Part shown: piece by piece, positions 1 through 9,238 of the stretch
Position numbering within the stretch: position 1 is the stretch's first letter
Layout of the letters: every line of letters starts with the position of its first letter
NCBI GenBank assembly: GCA_007375725.1
Contig: VMEV01000003.1
Coordinates: 50-64,049 of the forward strand
DNA: 64,000 nucleotides
Direction of reading: 5' to 3'
Origin: Parcubacteria group bacterium Greene0416_36
Lineage (GTDB): Bacteria; Patescibacteriota; Patescibacteriia; VMEV01
Position numbers and translations under genes: made by a program
Notes under the pieces: model-generated
Databases searched by the model: none
Told to the model about the DNA's origin: nothing
The model's input: the letters and a program-made list of their open reading frames with translations, nothing else

Positions 1-73
1 CCAAGGAATCTGAGATCGTCAATATCGATATCCCCATGGATCGGGGGTAATACTCTCTTCTTTACACGTAAGC

Positions 74-113
74 AAAACAGTAAGGGCTCAGAATTCTGAG
101 CCCTTACTGTTTT
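74..113. terminator. Perfect 40-nt palindrome (aaaacagtaagggctcaGAATTCtgagcccttactgtttt) followed by a T-run; likely bidirectional intrinsic terminator upstream of the first gene
   Basis: Palindrome read directly; T-run on + strand; lies between an upstream ORF end (off-window) and a TATAAT-like -10 at ~154. Confidence 0.5.
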
Positions 114-241
114 GCGGGTCAGATTTGATTTTTCTCTTCCCCCTTATCTCTGATATAATTTGTAGGTGCAAAATATTTGTCCCTTCGTTTTATCCACCGT
201 AGCGTTTTTGCGAAGGCGGATAAACAAAATCTCAAATTCGT

Positions 242-3229
242 GTGAAATATTTTCGTTATTTAATGGCCTTATTTTTCGTTTTTTTATTCGGGGGATTATC
301 GGCCGTGCTGGCTCAGGAAGTGTCCGAGGCTCCGGAAGAAAATTCTGTCCCTAAGATGCTCCGCGGTATTCCTCTCGGCCCCACCATGATTCGGTGGGAA
401 TTTTTGGCCGTTGCCAAGGAAGGAGAAAAATTTATTTTGGAAGATGAGTATGGGAAGGTCCTAGCGGACGAGATCCCCAAAAAGCTTAATGATTTCTCTT
501 TTTTTGATGAGAAAAATCTACTCCCAAATACTTCCTATTTTAGGCGTATTCGAGATAAAGACGGGGGCGCATCCGAATTTTTGGGGACATTCACGCTTTT
601 TCCCGCGCCGTCGGAATTGATCATTCGGTCGGTGGGTGAAAAAGAGGCTTCGCTGGGCGTAGATAATCGAGCCAATATTGATTTCAAAATCGCGGCTTTA
701 TTTGACAAGATTCCTGGCAAGGCCGCTCCCAATGTCGTATTGCCGGATTTGATGTCTTTGTCCATGGATAGGACCAGCTATTTGTTTCGCAATGTTACCT
801 CGGGTGTGGATGGCAAATGGGGAATCGGGGCTTGGGAGTCGCTGACTTCTCTGGAGAGCGGAAAAGATTATCAATTCTCGGTGAAAGTGCGCAATGCTCT
901 CGGTGTTGAAACTCCTTTTAGCAGTATCTTTTCTTTCTCTACTCTCCGTCCCGCAGATCTCCGCTTGGATGTGGCGGTTGTGTCTTCTTTTGGAGAGGAA
1001 AAAGAGACGCGCATTTTTTATCCGGGAGATGTGATCCACTATACGGTTTATATAAAGAATAAGAGTAGTGTGCCTGCGGATGGCGTCTATTTTCTTTCAC
1101 GCATTGGAGAAGGCTATCGAGGGAAGTTGTCTTTGGATCATATATCTCTTTCGGATTCTAGGGACCAAGATTCCGGGGATTTTTCAGTCACTTCCAAAGG
1201 CGCGGTTTTTGTGAAATTGGGAGAATTTTTGGGCGGAGTGACCAAAAAAATAAAATTTGATTATCAAATTCCTCCATCCTCCGATTTTCCCGCCATCCTC
1301 GATTTGTCTTCTGGAGTCGGCGCTAAAAATATGCCGTATTTGATAATCGCATCTGTCAGCGATCGTGTGGGGCGTATTTTGCCCAATGGAGAAGCCTCAG
1401 ATCGGGGATTATCAGGATTATTTTCAGGGAGAGGCATTTATCAAGAGGTGTTTCTGGAGTCCCCGGTGACTTCTTTGGGCGGCCCCGGAATGATTTTGCT
1501 CTCGAAAAAGGAAGCTCTGGCAGACCAAGCGTTGATTGATCTTTTGGTATCTTCTCTAGATCCGCTATCTCTCCGGGTGTTGAATAAAAAAGTTTTTCGC
1601 GGCGTGCTGGCCAGTCAGAAGGAGGATCGGTTTGCCTTTGAGGAGGAGGCTCGTGTCAGTTTATCTGTAGAAGACCATGCTATTGAGTCTTTATCTGATT
1701 CATTGGCTTTTTCCTGGCTAGAGAGCCAGAAAAAAAATGAGCAGACCGAGCCCTCTATGCTTTCCCCTCTATCGATTGAAGGAAAAGTCACCTTTACGGA
1801 CGGTGAGCTGGTGATGCAAGGGCATGCTTCCGGCCAAGCGAATGTGGATATCAGTATAGTTGTCAATCAAAAAGAGGCGGGGAAAACCGTGACTTCTCCG
1901 GTCGGATCTTGGGAATATTCGGTATCGCCTCTCCTTTTAGTACGCTCCTCCGAGAGGGGAATCGTACGTTTTAACGTCTCGGTTCTTGCCAAACGCAAGT
2001 CGGGCCAAGGCGAGCCGATCGAAAAATCCCTAGGCAGTGTGGATGTCGATTTGTCAGGCTTATCTGTGGAGGAAGAGCCGAAAATTCTAGCATTTTCGGC
2101 GCAGGAGCTGGCGGTTGATCCCTCTTTGGCCGAGGCATTGGGTGCTCGTGTGGGGCGAGGGATCGACGTTCTCTATGGAGCGACTCAAGCGGTGGTCGAG
2201 CAAACCGCCAAAGTGGTCCGTGAAAACGAAAGCACTTTTCAGACGACCTTGGTAGTGGTGGCACCAGTCGTGAGTGTGGCTTCGCCTGCTCTCCTGTCTG
2301 CGATCCCCACTCTGCCGACTTACCTTTTTTATTTTGTCAGCTGGTTTTTGTCTCTCTTGGGGATCCGCAAAAAGAATAAATCTTGGGGGGTTGTCTATGA
2401 TTCGATCACCAAGGATGCGGTATCTCTGGCCATCGTACGGCTTTTTCGCATTGAGCAAAAAGAGTCGGGGATGTCTGCGCTTCTGGTTGAAACCCAGGTG
2501 ACGGATCAGTATGGCCGCTATGGGTTCATTCCCAAATTAGGCGAATTTTACATCGAGGTTCAAAAGCCTGAATATAATTATCCCTCTGCTCTTGTTCCAA
2601 AGGGCCTCCAGTCGGATGATACTTATATCAATTTATATCATCGCCAGCGTATTCTGATTCAGATTGAAGACGCGTCCATTAATTTTGATATTCCCATTGA
2701 CCCCAAAGAGCCGGCCGTGGGATCCCGAGATTGGAAAAATACTTTGTTTGAGATCCGTACTGGATTTGGCTATCTTTCTCGCCCCTTGGCTTATTTAGGA
2801 GCGACTATCAGCTGGGTTGTTGTCGCGGTCAGTTTTAATATTCTCAATGTCTCCATCGCCTTGATATATTTGGGGCTGGCTTTATTCGAGTGGAAGCGTT
2901 CGCGCGACAAAAATAAGCCATGGGGAATTGTCTTTGACTCTTTGTCCAAAAATCCTATATCTCTGGCCAATATTTCCATTGTCGACGCGCAATATGGTCG
3001 TACTCTCAAATCACGCCTGACCGATTACGGAGGCCGGTTTAATTTTTTCCCGCCCCCCGGGTTTTACCGAATGCTGGTCTCCAAAGAAGGATATCAATTT
3101 CCTTCCCAGTTTTTTTATTACAAAGACGGCCGCAAAAAGATGTATTTCGGCGAGAAATTTTCCGTCGATAAGCAGCAGCCCATCGTCAACGCGGACGTGC
3201 CGCTGGATGGAACGGAAATTAAAATTTGA
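242..3229 (+). CDS. Large secreted/membrane-anchored surface protein (995 aa): N-terminal signal peptide, FN3-like beta-sandwich region, two C-terminal repeats of [TM helix + K-x-K-x-WG-V/I-V-Y/F-DS-I/L-T/S-K beta-sandwich module]
   Basis: ORF track; GTG start with K/R-rich n-region + hydrophobic h-region + AQE cleavage-like site; internal duplication visible in translation (LGIRKKNKSWGVVYDSITKDAVSLA / WKRSRDKNKPWGIVFDSLSKNPISLA). Confidence 0.6.
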   Translation: MKYFRYLMALFFVFLFGGLSAVLAQEVSEAPEENSVPKMLRGIPLGPTMIRWEFLAVAKEGEKFILEDEYGKVLADEIPKKLNDFSFFDEKNLLPNTSYFRRIRDKDGGASEFLGTFTLFPAPSELIIRSVGEKEASLGVDNRANIDFKIAALFDKIPGKAAPNVVLPDLMSLSMDRTSYLFRNVTSGVDGKWGIGAWESLTSLESGKDYQFSVKVRNALGVETPFSSIFSFSTLRPADLRLDVAVVSSFGEEKETRIFYPGDVIHYTVYIKNKSSVPADGVYFLSRIGEGYRGKLSLDHISLSDSRDQDSGDFSVTSKGAVFVKLGEFLGGVTKKIKFDYQIPPSSDFPAILDLSSGVGAKNMPYLIIASVSDRVGRILPNGEASDRGLSGLFSGRGIYQEVFLESPVTSLGGPGMILLSKKEALADQALIDLLVSSLDPLSLRVLNKKVFRGVLASQKEDRFAFEEEARVSLSVEDHAIESLSDSLAFSWLESQKKNEQTEPSMLSPLSIEGKVTFTDGELVMQGHASGQANVDISIVVNQKEAGKTVTSPVGSWEYSVSPLLLVRSSERGIVRFNVSVLAKRKSGQGEPIEKSLGSVDVDLSGLSVEEEPKILAFSAQELAVDPSLAEALGARVGRGIDVLYGATQAVVEQTAKVVRENESTFQTTLVVVAPVVSVASPALLSAIPTLPTYLFYFVSWFLSLLGIRKKNKSWGVVYDSITKDAVSLAIVRLFRIEQKESGMSALLVETQVTDQYGRYGFIPKLGEFYIEVQKPEYNYPSALVPKGLQSDDTYINLYHRQRILIQIEDASINFDIPIDPKEPAVGSRDWKNTLFEIRTGFGYLSRPLAYLGATISWVVVAVSFNILNVSIALIYLGLALFEWKRSRDKNKPWGIVFDSLSKNPISLANISIVDAQYGRTLKSRLTDYGGRFNFFPPPGFYRMLVSKEGYQFPSQFFYYKDGRKKMYFGEKFSVDKQQPIVNADVPLDGTEIKI

Positions 3230-3241
3230 ATTACGTTATGG

Positions 3242-3351
3242 ACTGTCATTGCGAGGCCCGCCGTTTTAGGCGGGACGTGGCAATCTCGTGGTAGTATTCC
3301 TACACGAGATTGCCACATCCCCGCTAAGGCGCGGGTCTTCGCAATGACAGT
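3242..3351. repeat. 110-nt near-perfect palindrome (outer 14-bp stem ACTGTCATTGCGA / TCGCAATGACAGT enclosing three hairpins) in the intergenic region between the 995-aa gene and the GH15 gene
   Basis: Read directly: left half and reverse-complement of right half match with few mismatches; central hairpin GTGGCAATCTCGTG...CACGAGATTGCCAC. Confidence 0.6.
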
Positions 3352-3362
3352 GTGACTCACAT

Positions 3363-5366
3363 ATGCCTCGATCAATTATCCTCGGCAATGGCAAAACTCT
3401 CCTCGGCTTCGATGACAATTACGAGCTTCGTGATTGGTATTTTCCCTATGTAGGACAGGAGAATCATGTGGGCAGGCACTACCACAAAATCGGATTTTGG
3501 GTGGATGGTGCTTTCGCGTGGTTTGGAAAATCGTGGGATCTCAAAATCAATTATTCCCCTGAAGGATTTATTGCCACGGTCAGCGGCCGCTCCGAGGCCT
3601 TGGGGATTTCGGCCGAGATAGAAGACACGGTTTATAACGAAGAAAATGTGATGGTTCGCCGCGTCAATGTGAAGAATCTTGGCAAAACCAAAAAAGAAGT
3701 CCGAGTGTTTTTCGCTCAAGAATTTCCCATTGATGAGGTTACCTATGGGAACACTTCGTTTTATGATCCCAGAGGAGAAGTGATCATTCATTACAAAGGC
3801 CAGCGCGTATTTCTCATCAATGGATCTACCAAAGAAAAGGCCGGTTTTTCGGATTTCACCTGCGGGGTTTCCAATTGGGGGACTCAGGAGGGATCGTTTC
3901 GGGATGCCGAAGACGGTAGGCTCGCCCAAAATCATATTGAGCACGGGAGCGCGGATTCGGTGGTGGGATTTAATTTGTACCTAGAACCGGGCGGGATGGA
4001 AACTCTCTACTCCTGGATTGTCGTAGCCGCGGATATCAAAGAGGCCAAGCGACTCAATCGTGAAGTCCTAGCCAAAACGCCCGCTCATATCATCAAAACC
4101 ACACGCTTTTTTTGGAAGGCATGGGTGGAGAAACAGGAATACGAATGGTTCAATCTAGGGCCGGAAATCCGTGATCTGTTTGGTAAATCCTTATTTTTTT
4201 TGAGGCTGCTCACCAATACCAACGGACTTTCTATCGCTTCTCCGGATTCGGATCTTTTGCAGTTTGGCAAGGATACTTACAATTATATGTGGCCGCGTGA
4301 CGGCGCTTTCGTCGTATTGGCTCTGGACAAAGCTGGCTATTCTGAGGTCACGCGCAATTTTTTCTATACGGCCAAAGATTTGCTTTCCGAGGAAGGGTTC
4401 CTCATGCATAAATATCGCCCGGACGGATCTTTGGGAAGTTCTTGGCATTCGTGGATCGCCAATGGCGTCTTGCAGTATCCGATTCAGGAAGACGAGACGG
4501 CCTTGGTTTTGTTCGCGCTCGAACAGCACTATGAGAAAACACACAATGTGGAGTTTTTGGAGGAACTGTACAATCCACTCGTTCGGAAAATGGCTGATTT
4601 TCTCGTGTCTTTTCGCGATTCGGCCACGGGATTGCCTCACCCAAGCTATGATTTGTGGGAGGAGAGAATCGGTATTCATACCTTTACCGTCTCCACGGTC
4701 TATGTAGGGTGTCTGGCCGCTGCCAATATGGCCAAGATTTTGGGCAAAAAAAATGACTGCTCCCGTTATTTTCGGACAGCTTCCGAGATCGCGGCGGCTT
4801 CGGTTCGGGAGATGTACGATACCAAAGAGCGCCGATACTGCCGCCGTCTCTATTGGGAAGGAGGGAAGTGGGTCAAGGATATGACTCCGGACAGCAGTAC
4901 TCTCTACGGACTTCTCCGTTTTGGCATGGAAAAACCGGATTCGCCGAGATTGGTCAGTACGGCCAAAGATTGTTTTTCTCGACTCTCGCTTAAGACATCA
5001 GCGGGAGGATGGGCCCGTTACGAGAAAGACAATTACATGATGATTGATCCTGACTGGACTCGGGTTCCCGGCAATCCTTGGATTCTGTGCACCCTCTGGC
5101 GTGCAGATTATTTGATTTCTTTGGCCCAGAAATCGGAGGACCTCGACGAACCTCGCCGCATCATCGAATGGGTGGTCCGCCGTGCCTCCGCCTCCGGTAT
5201 TCTTTCCGAACAAATCCACCCGACTCTCGGCACGCCTCTCAGCGTCTCGCCTTTAGCCTGGAGCCATGCCCAGCTTGTCATCACCGTCCTTTTCTACCTC
5301 AAAAAAATGGGACAGATTGTGGACCGGCCCTATATCAAGCCGTTCAGGATGAGTAAGGGGTGCTGA
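3363..5366 (+). CDS. Glycoside hydrolase family 15-like (glucoamylase/glucodextranase/trehalase-type) protein
   Basis: ORF track; (alpha/alpha)6-barrel GH15-like motifs in translation (WPRDGAFVVLAL, EERIGIHTFTV, LWEE); N-terminal beta-sandwich region typical of archaeal/bacterial GH15. Confidence 0.65.
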   Translation: MPRSIILGNGKTLLGFDDNYELRDWYFPYVGQENHVGRHYHKIGFWVDGAFAWFGKSWDLKINYSPEGFIATVSGRSEALGISAEIEDTVYNEENVMVRRVNVKNLGKTKKEVRVFFAQEFPIDEVTYGNTSFYDPRGEVIIHYKGQRVFLINGSTKEKAGFSDFTCGVSNWGTQEGSFRDAEDGRLAQNHIEHGSADSVVGFNLYLEPGGMETLYSWIVVAADIKEAKRLNREVLAKTPAHIIKTTRFFWKAWVEKQEYEWFNLGPEIRDLFGKSLFFLRLLTNTNGLSIASPDSDLLQFGKDTYNYMWPRDGAFVVLALDKAGYSEVTRNFFYTAKDLLSEEGFLMHKYRPDGSLGSSWHSWIANGVLQYPIQEDETALVLFALEQHYEKTHNVEFLEELYNPLVRKMADFLVSFRDSATGLPHPSYDLWEERIGIHTFTVSTVYVGCLAAANMAKILGKKNDCSRYFRTASEIAAASVREMYDTKERRYCRRLYWEGGKWVKDMTPDSSTLYGLLRFGMEKPDSPRLVSTAKDCFSRLSLKTSAGGWARYEKDNYMMIDPDWTRVPGNPWILCTLWRADYLISLAQKSEDLDEPRRIIEWVVRRASASGILSEQIHPTLGTPLSVSPLAWSHAQLVITVLFYLKKMGQIVDRPYIKPFRMSKGC

Positions 5367-5464
5367 AATTAAAAACAGAACCGTCTTTTGAGGTTCTGTC
5401 CATTGATGACACAAGTCGCATGATGCAATGACTAGGGATTTTATATCAAAAAAATCGGATCAAA

Positions 5465-6340
5465 TCAAGATTTGATGTGTATCCTTACCACCCTATCCCG
5501 ATTACAGAAATCTTTAAAAATTTCTATTTTCGCCTCCGGATATAATTTGGACGCGTATTGTCGGACTCGTTCTCCCTGATCATGCCCGATTTCCAAAAGC
5601 ACGGTCCCATTGGGGGACAGGTGCTTTTTTGTTTGTTGTAGAAGTTTGAAAATCAAGGCAAGCCCATCGCGAGTAGCGATTAATGCTTGTTTGGGTTCAT
5701 ATTCCAGTTCCGCTCGAGTAGGTGAAGCCTCAAATACGGTTTGGGAAATATAGGGGAGGTTCGCAATAATGATATCCATTTTTTCTTCGAGAGGCTCGGC
5801 CAAATCTCCTTTTTTGAAAATAATTTTTTCTAATACCCCATTATTTTTGGCATTTTTGGTTGCTGTGTTTAAAGCCTCGACAGAAATATCCGTGCCAAAA
5901 AATTCCATTTGAGAATAATGACTTTGTTCTTTTAATAATTTTGCCAGAGCAATGATAATGGCTCCAGAACCCGTGCCGATATCTGCTATTCGTAATTTTT
6001 TTTCACTAATTTTTTTTATTGCCTCTAATGATTTTTCTACGAGCATTTCCGTCTCAGGGCGGGGAATCAGGACCGATGGGTTCACTTCAAATTCCAATCC
6101 ATAAAATCCGGTTTTCCTAATCAGGTATTGGAGGGGATAGTGCTCCTTCAATTTTTTAAGCATCTTATGAAATCGATCCTCTTCTCGTTTTTTGGCCACA
6201 TATTCCGGATGCGCCCACAGGAATGCCCGGTCTTTTCCAATCACATGCATCAGCAGCTCCTCACATTTGTGAGTCGCTTCGGAAATATGGGCCTTTTGGG
6301 ATTGTGTGATCGATGATTGTAACAGTGATTTTATCGTCAT
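5465..6340 (-). CDS. prmC: Release factor glutamine N5-methyltransferase PrmC/HemK
   Basis: IPRPETE motif, GTGSGAI SAM-binding motif, NLPY (NPPY-type) motif; immediately downstream of prfA in the conserved prfA-prmC arrangement. Confidence 0.85.
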   Translation of the reverse strand: MTIKSLLQSSITQSQKAHISEATHKCEELLMHVIGKDRAFLWAHPEYVAKKREEDRFHKMLKKLKEHYPLQYLIRKTGFYGLEFEVNPSVLIPRPETEMLVEKSLEAIKKISEKKLRIADIGTGSGAIIIALAKLLKEQSHYSQMEFFGTDISVEALNTATKNAKNNGVLEKIIFKKGDLAEPLEEKMDIIIANLPYISQTVFEASPTRAELEYEPKQALIATRDGLALIFKLLQQTKKHLSPNGTVLLEIGHDQGERVRQYASKLYPEAKIEIFKDFCNRDRVVRIHIKS

Positions 6341-6353
6341 AGTTATACCTAAC

Positions 6354-6411
6354 TCCCTCCCTTGTTAAGGGGAGGGTTGGGGAGGGGTTTGTTGTTTTAC
6401 CCCTCCAACCC
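6354..6411. repeat. Divergent two-hairpin variant of the palindromic repeat family (CCCTCCC-TTGTTAA-GGGGAGGG + GGGGAGGGGT...ACCCCTCC); overlaps the prfA stop codon
   Basis: Read directly; shares CCCTCCC/GGGAGGG stems and TTGT(T/C)AA loop with main family. Confidence 0.4.
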
Positions 6412-7455
6412 CTTCTTCGTCGCCTCGACAATATCATCCAATTCTCCTTCCATAATCACTCTGACTTGATTGAAGTTTTGGTTGATGCGGTGGTCAGTGA
6501 GGCGGTCTTGAGGGAAATTGTAGGTGCGGATTTTTTCGGAGCGGTCTCCGGAGCCGATTTGGCTATTGCGGGTGGCGGATGCCTCAGCCGCTATTTTTTC
6601 TTCGGCCAGAGCTAAGAGGCGAGAACGCAAAACCTTCATGGCCTTTTCGCGGTTCTGTACCTGGGATCGTTCGTCTTGGCAGGAGACTACGAGTCCGCTG
6701 GGGATGTGGACGAGTCGCACGGCGGAGTAGGTGGTATTCACGCTTTGCCCTCCCGCGCCGCCCGCGCAAAAGGTATCGATTCGGATATCCTTTGGGTTAA
6801 TAGCTATATCCACTTCTTCGGCTTCGGGCATCACGGCTACGGTCACGGTCGAAGTGTGGACGCGGCCGCTTTTTTCCGTTTCCGGCACGCGCTGGACTCG
6901 GTGCACGCCACTTTCATATTTGAACGCGCCAAAAGCCCCGCGGCCATTCACTTCGGCCACCGCTTCTTTGATCCCTCCGATTCCGATTTTGTTGGTTTCC
7001 AGCACTCTGACCTCGTAACCTTGCTTTTCCGCGTATCGGCAATACATGCGGAATAGTTCCGCGGCAAAAAGAGCCGCTTCGTCTCCTCCGGCACCTGCTC
7101 GGATTTCCAGAATGATATTTTTTCGGTCGCGGGGGTCCCTCGGCCGGAGTCCCTCGGTGATTTTCGCGGTCAGATCTTCTTGCCTGAATTGCAGATTTTT
7201 TTGTTCCTCGCGGTAGAGTTCCAGCATTGAATTATCTTTTTCTGTCTCGATTTGGGAGGAGATGCCTTCTAACTCAATGCCTGTTTTTAGAAATTCTTGT
7301 ATGAGCTGTCCCAAATCTTTTTTTTCGGAATATTTTTGGGAAGCTTCTTTCAATTTTTGCGGATTGCCAATAATAGCCGGATCATTCAGTTCCGCTTCTA
7401 AGCTTGTAAATTCCTCGAAATAAGTTGTCATTTTTTGATCTAAATTTGTATCCAT
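6397..7455 (-). CDS. prfA: Peptide chain release factor 1
   Basis: GGQ motif ([26 protein letters not shown]), RF-1 domain; strong conservation across translation. Confidence 0.9.
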   Translation of the reverse strand: MDTNLDQKMTTYFEEFTSLEAELNDPAIIGNPQKLKEASQKYSEKKDLGQLIQEFLKTGIELEGISSQIETEKDNSMLELYREEQKNLQFRQEDLTAKITEGLRPRDPRDRKNIILEIRAGAGGDEAALFAAELFRMYCRYAEKQGYEVRVLETNKIGIGGIKEAVAEVNGRGAFGAFKYESGVHRVQRVPETEKSGRVHTSTVTVAVMPEAEEVDIAINPKDIRIDTFCAGGAGGQSVNTTYSAVRLVHIPSGLVVSCQDERSQVQNREKAMKVLRSRLLALAEEKIAAEASATRNSQIGSGDRSEKIRTYNFPQDRLTDHRINQNFNQVRVIMEGELDDIVEATKKGLEG

Positions 7456-7488
7456 ATATGATTTTTATCTATTCAGGGGTGTATCGAG

Positions 7489-7575
7489 CAACAAATCCCT
7501 CCCCAACCCTCCCTTTGACAAGGGAGGGGGTAGCAGCCTCCCCCTTGTCAAAGGGGGACTGAGGGGGATTTGTTG
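7489..7575. repeat. Composite palindromic repeat, copy A (CAACAAATCCCTCCCC..CCCTCCCTTTGACAAGGGAGGG..CCCCCTTGTCAAAGGGGG..GGGGGATTTGTTG)
   Basis: Read directly; between prfA start region and rpmE 3' end. Confidence 0.8.
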
Positions 7576-7652
7576 TTATTTGTATTATACACAAATGTCA
7601 CCCCTCGCAATTAAGCGCCGTGGGTGACATTTTTGAGTACAAAAAAACATGA

Positions 7653-8018
7653 CTACTTCTGTGCTGTGGGAGCAGCTGGTGTTTCTGTTGCGGCAACTGG
7701 TTTAGCCACTTTGGCCTTCTTGAGCTTGGGCGGCTTTTCGATTTTCTTTTCTTCAATGATCTTATTGGTTTTTCGGACTTTTTTGATGGCTTTCTTTTCG
7801 GCCAAGGCAGTGGTTGAAGTCATTCTCTTCTTAAATTTCTCCGCTGGGCTATTTTCTTTTCCAGCCAGTTCATGTCTGCGTCCGGTATAGAAAGGATGAC
7901 AAGCCGCGCAGATTTCAGTGGAAAGCTGTTCTCGAGTGGAGCCTGCTTCATATTTGGCGCCACAAGAACACATGATGACCACATTATCGTGATATTTAGG
8001 ATGGATATCGGGTTTCAT
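7653..8018 (-). CDS. rpmE: 50S ribosomal protein L31 with ~50-aa Lys/Ala-rich C-terminal extension
   Basis: MKPDIHPKY...CSCG...HPFYTG signature of bL31; extension KKAIKKVRKTNKIIEEKKIEKPPKLKKAKVAKPVAA is low-complexity basic. Confidence 0.85.
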   Translation of the reverse strand: MKPDIHPKYHDNVVIMCSCGAKYEAGSTREQLSTEICAACHPFYTGRRHELAGKENSPAEKFKKRMTSTTALAEKKAIKKVRKTNKIIEEKKIEKPPKLKKAKVAKPVAATETPAAPTAQK

Positions 8019-8117
8019 AGGCTAGGAGTTTAGGTTTTAGCTTCTTTAGCTTCATTATGCTAGGGGAAGACTAATAATTACTTGAGATTTGTAAGACAGG
8101 AAAAAGATAACAAATAA

Positions 8118-9113
8118 TTAGGGAAAAGGCAAGACGAAGCCCATTTTGGTTTTGGCTGAGGCCAGCTTGGCATTAGCTCGGGAGCGAGCTTTGTCGGCTC
8201 CTTGTTTTAATATTTTTTGAATTGGGTCTCTCTGGTAGGCATGAAATTTTTTTTGGAAGTCTTCGAGGAAGACGGCTACCACTTCTCCTAATTCTTTTTT
8301 GAATTCTGTATAATTTTTGCCCGTGAATTTTTTTTCAAGTTCGGCGATCGGGATTCCGGAAAGCAGATGATAAATGACGAGCAAATTGGAAATGCCGGGT
8401 TTGGATTCCGGTGCGTATTTGATTTCAGATCCGGAATCCGTCACCGCTTGCTTGATTTTCTCGCGGGCCATGTCTGGCGAATCTAGAAGGGCGATATAAT
8501 TGTCCGGGCTGGACGCGCTCTTGCTCATCTTGCCCCGCGGATCATCGAGTCCCATGATTTTGGCGCCTACCTCGCCGGTCCATTGTTTGGGCACCTTGAA
8601 CGTGTTTCCATAGTGATCATTGAATCGCCGCGCCAGTCTCCGGGCCAGTTCCAGATGCTGGGTCTGGTCTTCACCCACGGGAACCAAGTCCGCGTCATAG
8701 AGTAAAATATCCGCGGACATCAAAATGGGATAAGTGAAAAGACCCGCATTGATATTTTTTGGATTTTTGGCACTTTTGTCTTTGTACTGGGTCATGAGTT
8801 CCATCTCGGACATTTTGGCGAGCGTTCCCAAGATCCAGCCCAGCTCGGTATGAGCCGAAACATGGGACTGAATGAAGATCGTGGATTTTGCCGGGTCAAT
8901 GCCGGAGGCCAAGTAGATTGCCGCGATTTCGAGAGATTTCGCGTGAAGTTCTTGGGGGTCTTGGGTCGCGGTGATGGCATGATGGTCCACAATGCAGAAA
9001 AAGCATTCATGATCGTTTTGGAGCTTTAGCCAGTTGGCGATGCTTCCTAAGTAATTGCCGAGATGCAGATTTCCTGATGGCTGTATTCCGCTTAAGATAA
9101 TGGGTTTGTTCAT
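8118..9113 (-). CDS. trpS: Tryptophanyl-tRNA synthetase
   Basis: Class I aaRS motifs: HLGNYLG (HIGH-type) near N-term and KMSKS (GKMSKSASS) in translation. Confidence 0.9.
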   Translation of the reverse strand: MNKPIILSGIQPSGNLHLGNYLGSIANWLKLQNDHECFFCIVDHHAITATQDPQELHAKSLEIAAIYLASGIDPAKSTIFIQSHVSAHTELGWILGTLAKMSEMELMTQYKDKSAKNPKNINAGLFTYPILMSADILLYDADLVPVGEDQTQHLELARRLARRFNDHYGNTFKVPKQWTGEVGAKIMGLDDPRGKMSKSASSPDNYIALLDSPDMAREKIKQAVTDSGSEIKYAPESKPGISNLLVIYHLLSGIPIAELEKKFTGKNYTEFKKELGEVVAVFLEDFQKKFHAYQRDPIQKILKQGADKARSRANAKLASAKTKMGFVLPFP

Positions 9114-9238
9114 AGTTGTGTTGTAAATTTTTGTATATTATAGTAAAATTAGCTTGTCATACTTACTTTGTAAAGTAATATCTGAATCTTTTTTTATAAT
9201 TTTGAATTTTTAATTAATAATTTTTAATTGTTTTTCAT

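Noticed and set aside
166-354. 62-aa ORF overlapping the promoter and start of the 995-aa gene
   Set aside because: It overlaps a better-supported start with a signal peptide and has no RBS.
7500-7560. TTGACA hexamers inside every repeat copy as -35 promoter elements
   Set aside because: TTGACA arises as the hairpin loop (TTTGACAA / TTGTCAAA) on both strands. No appropriately spaced -10 box is present in the element, so this is most likely coincidental.
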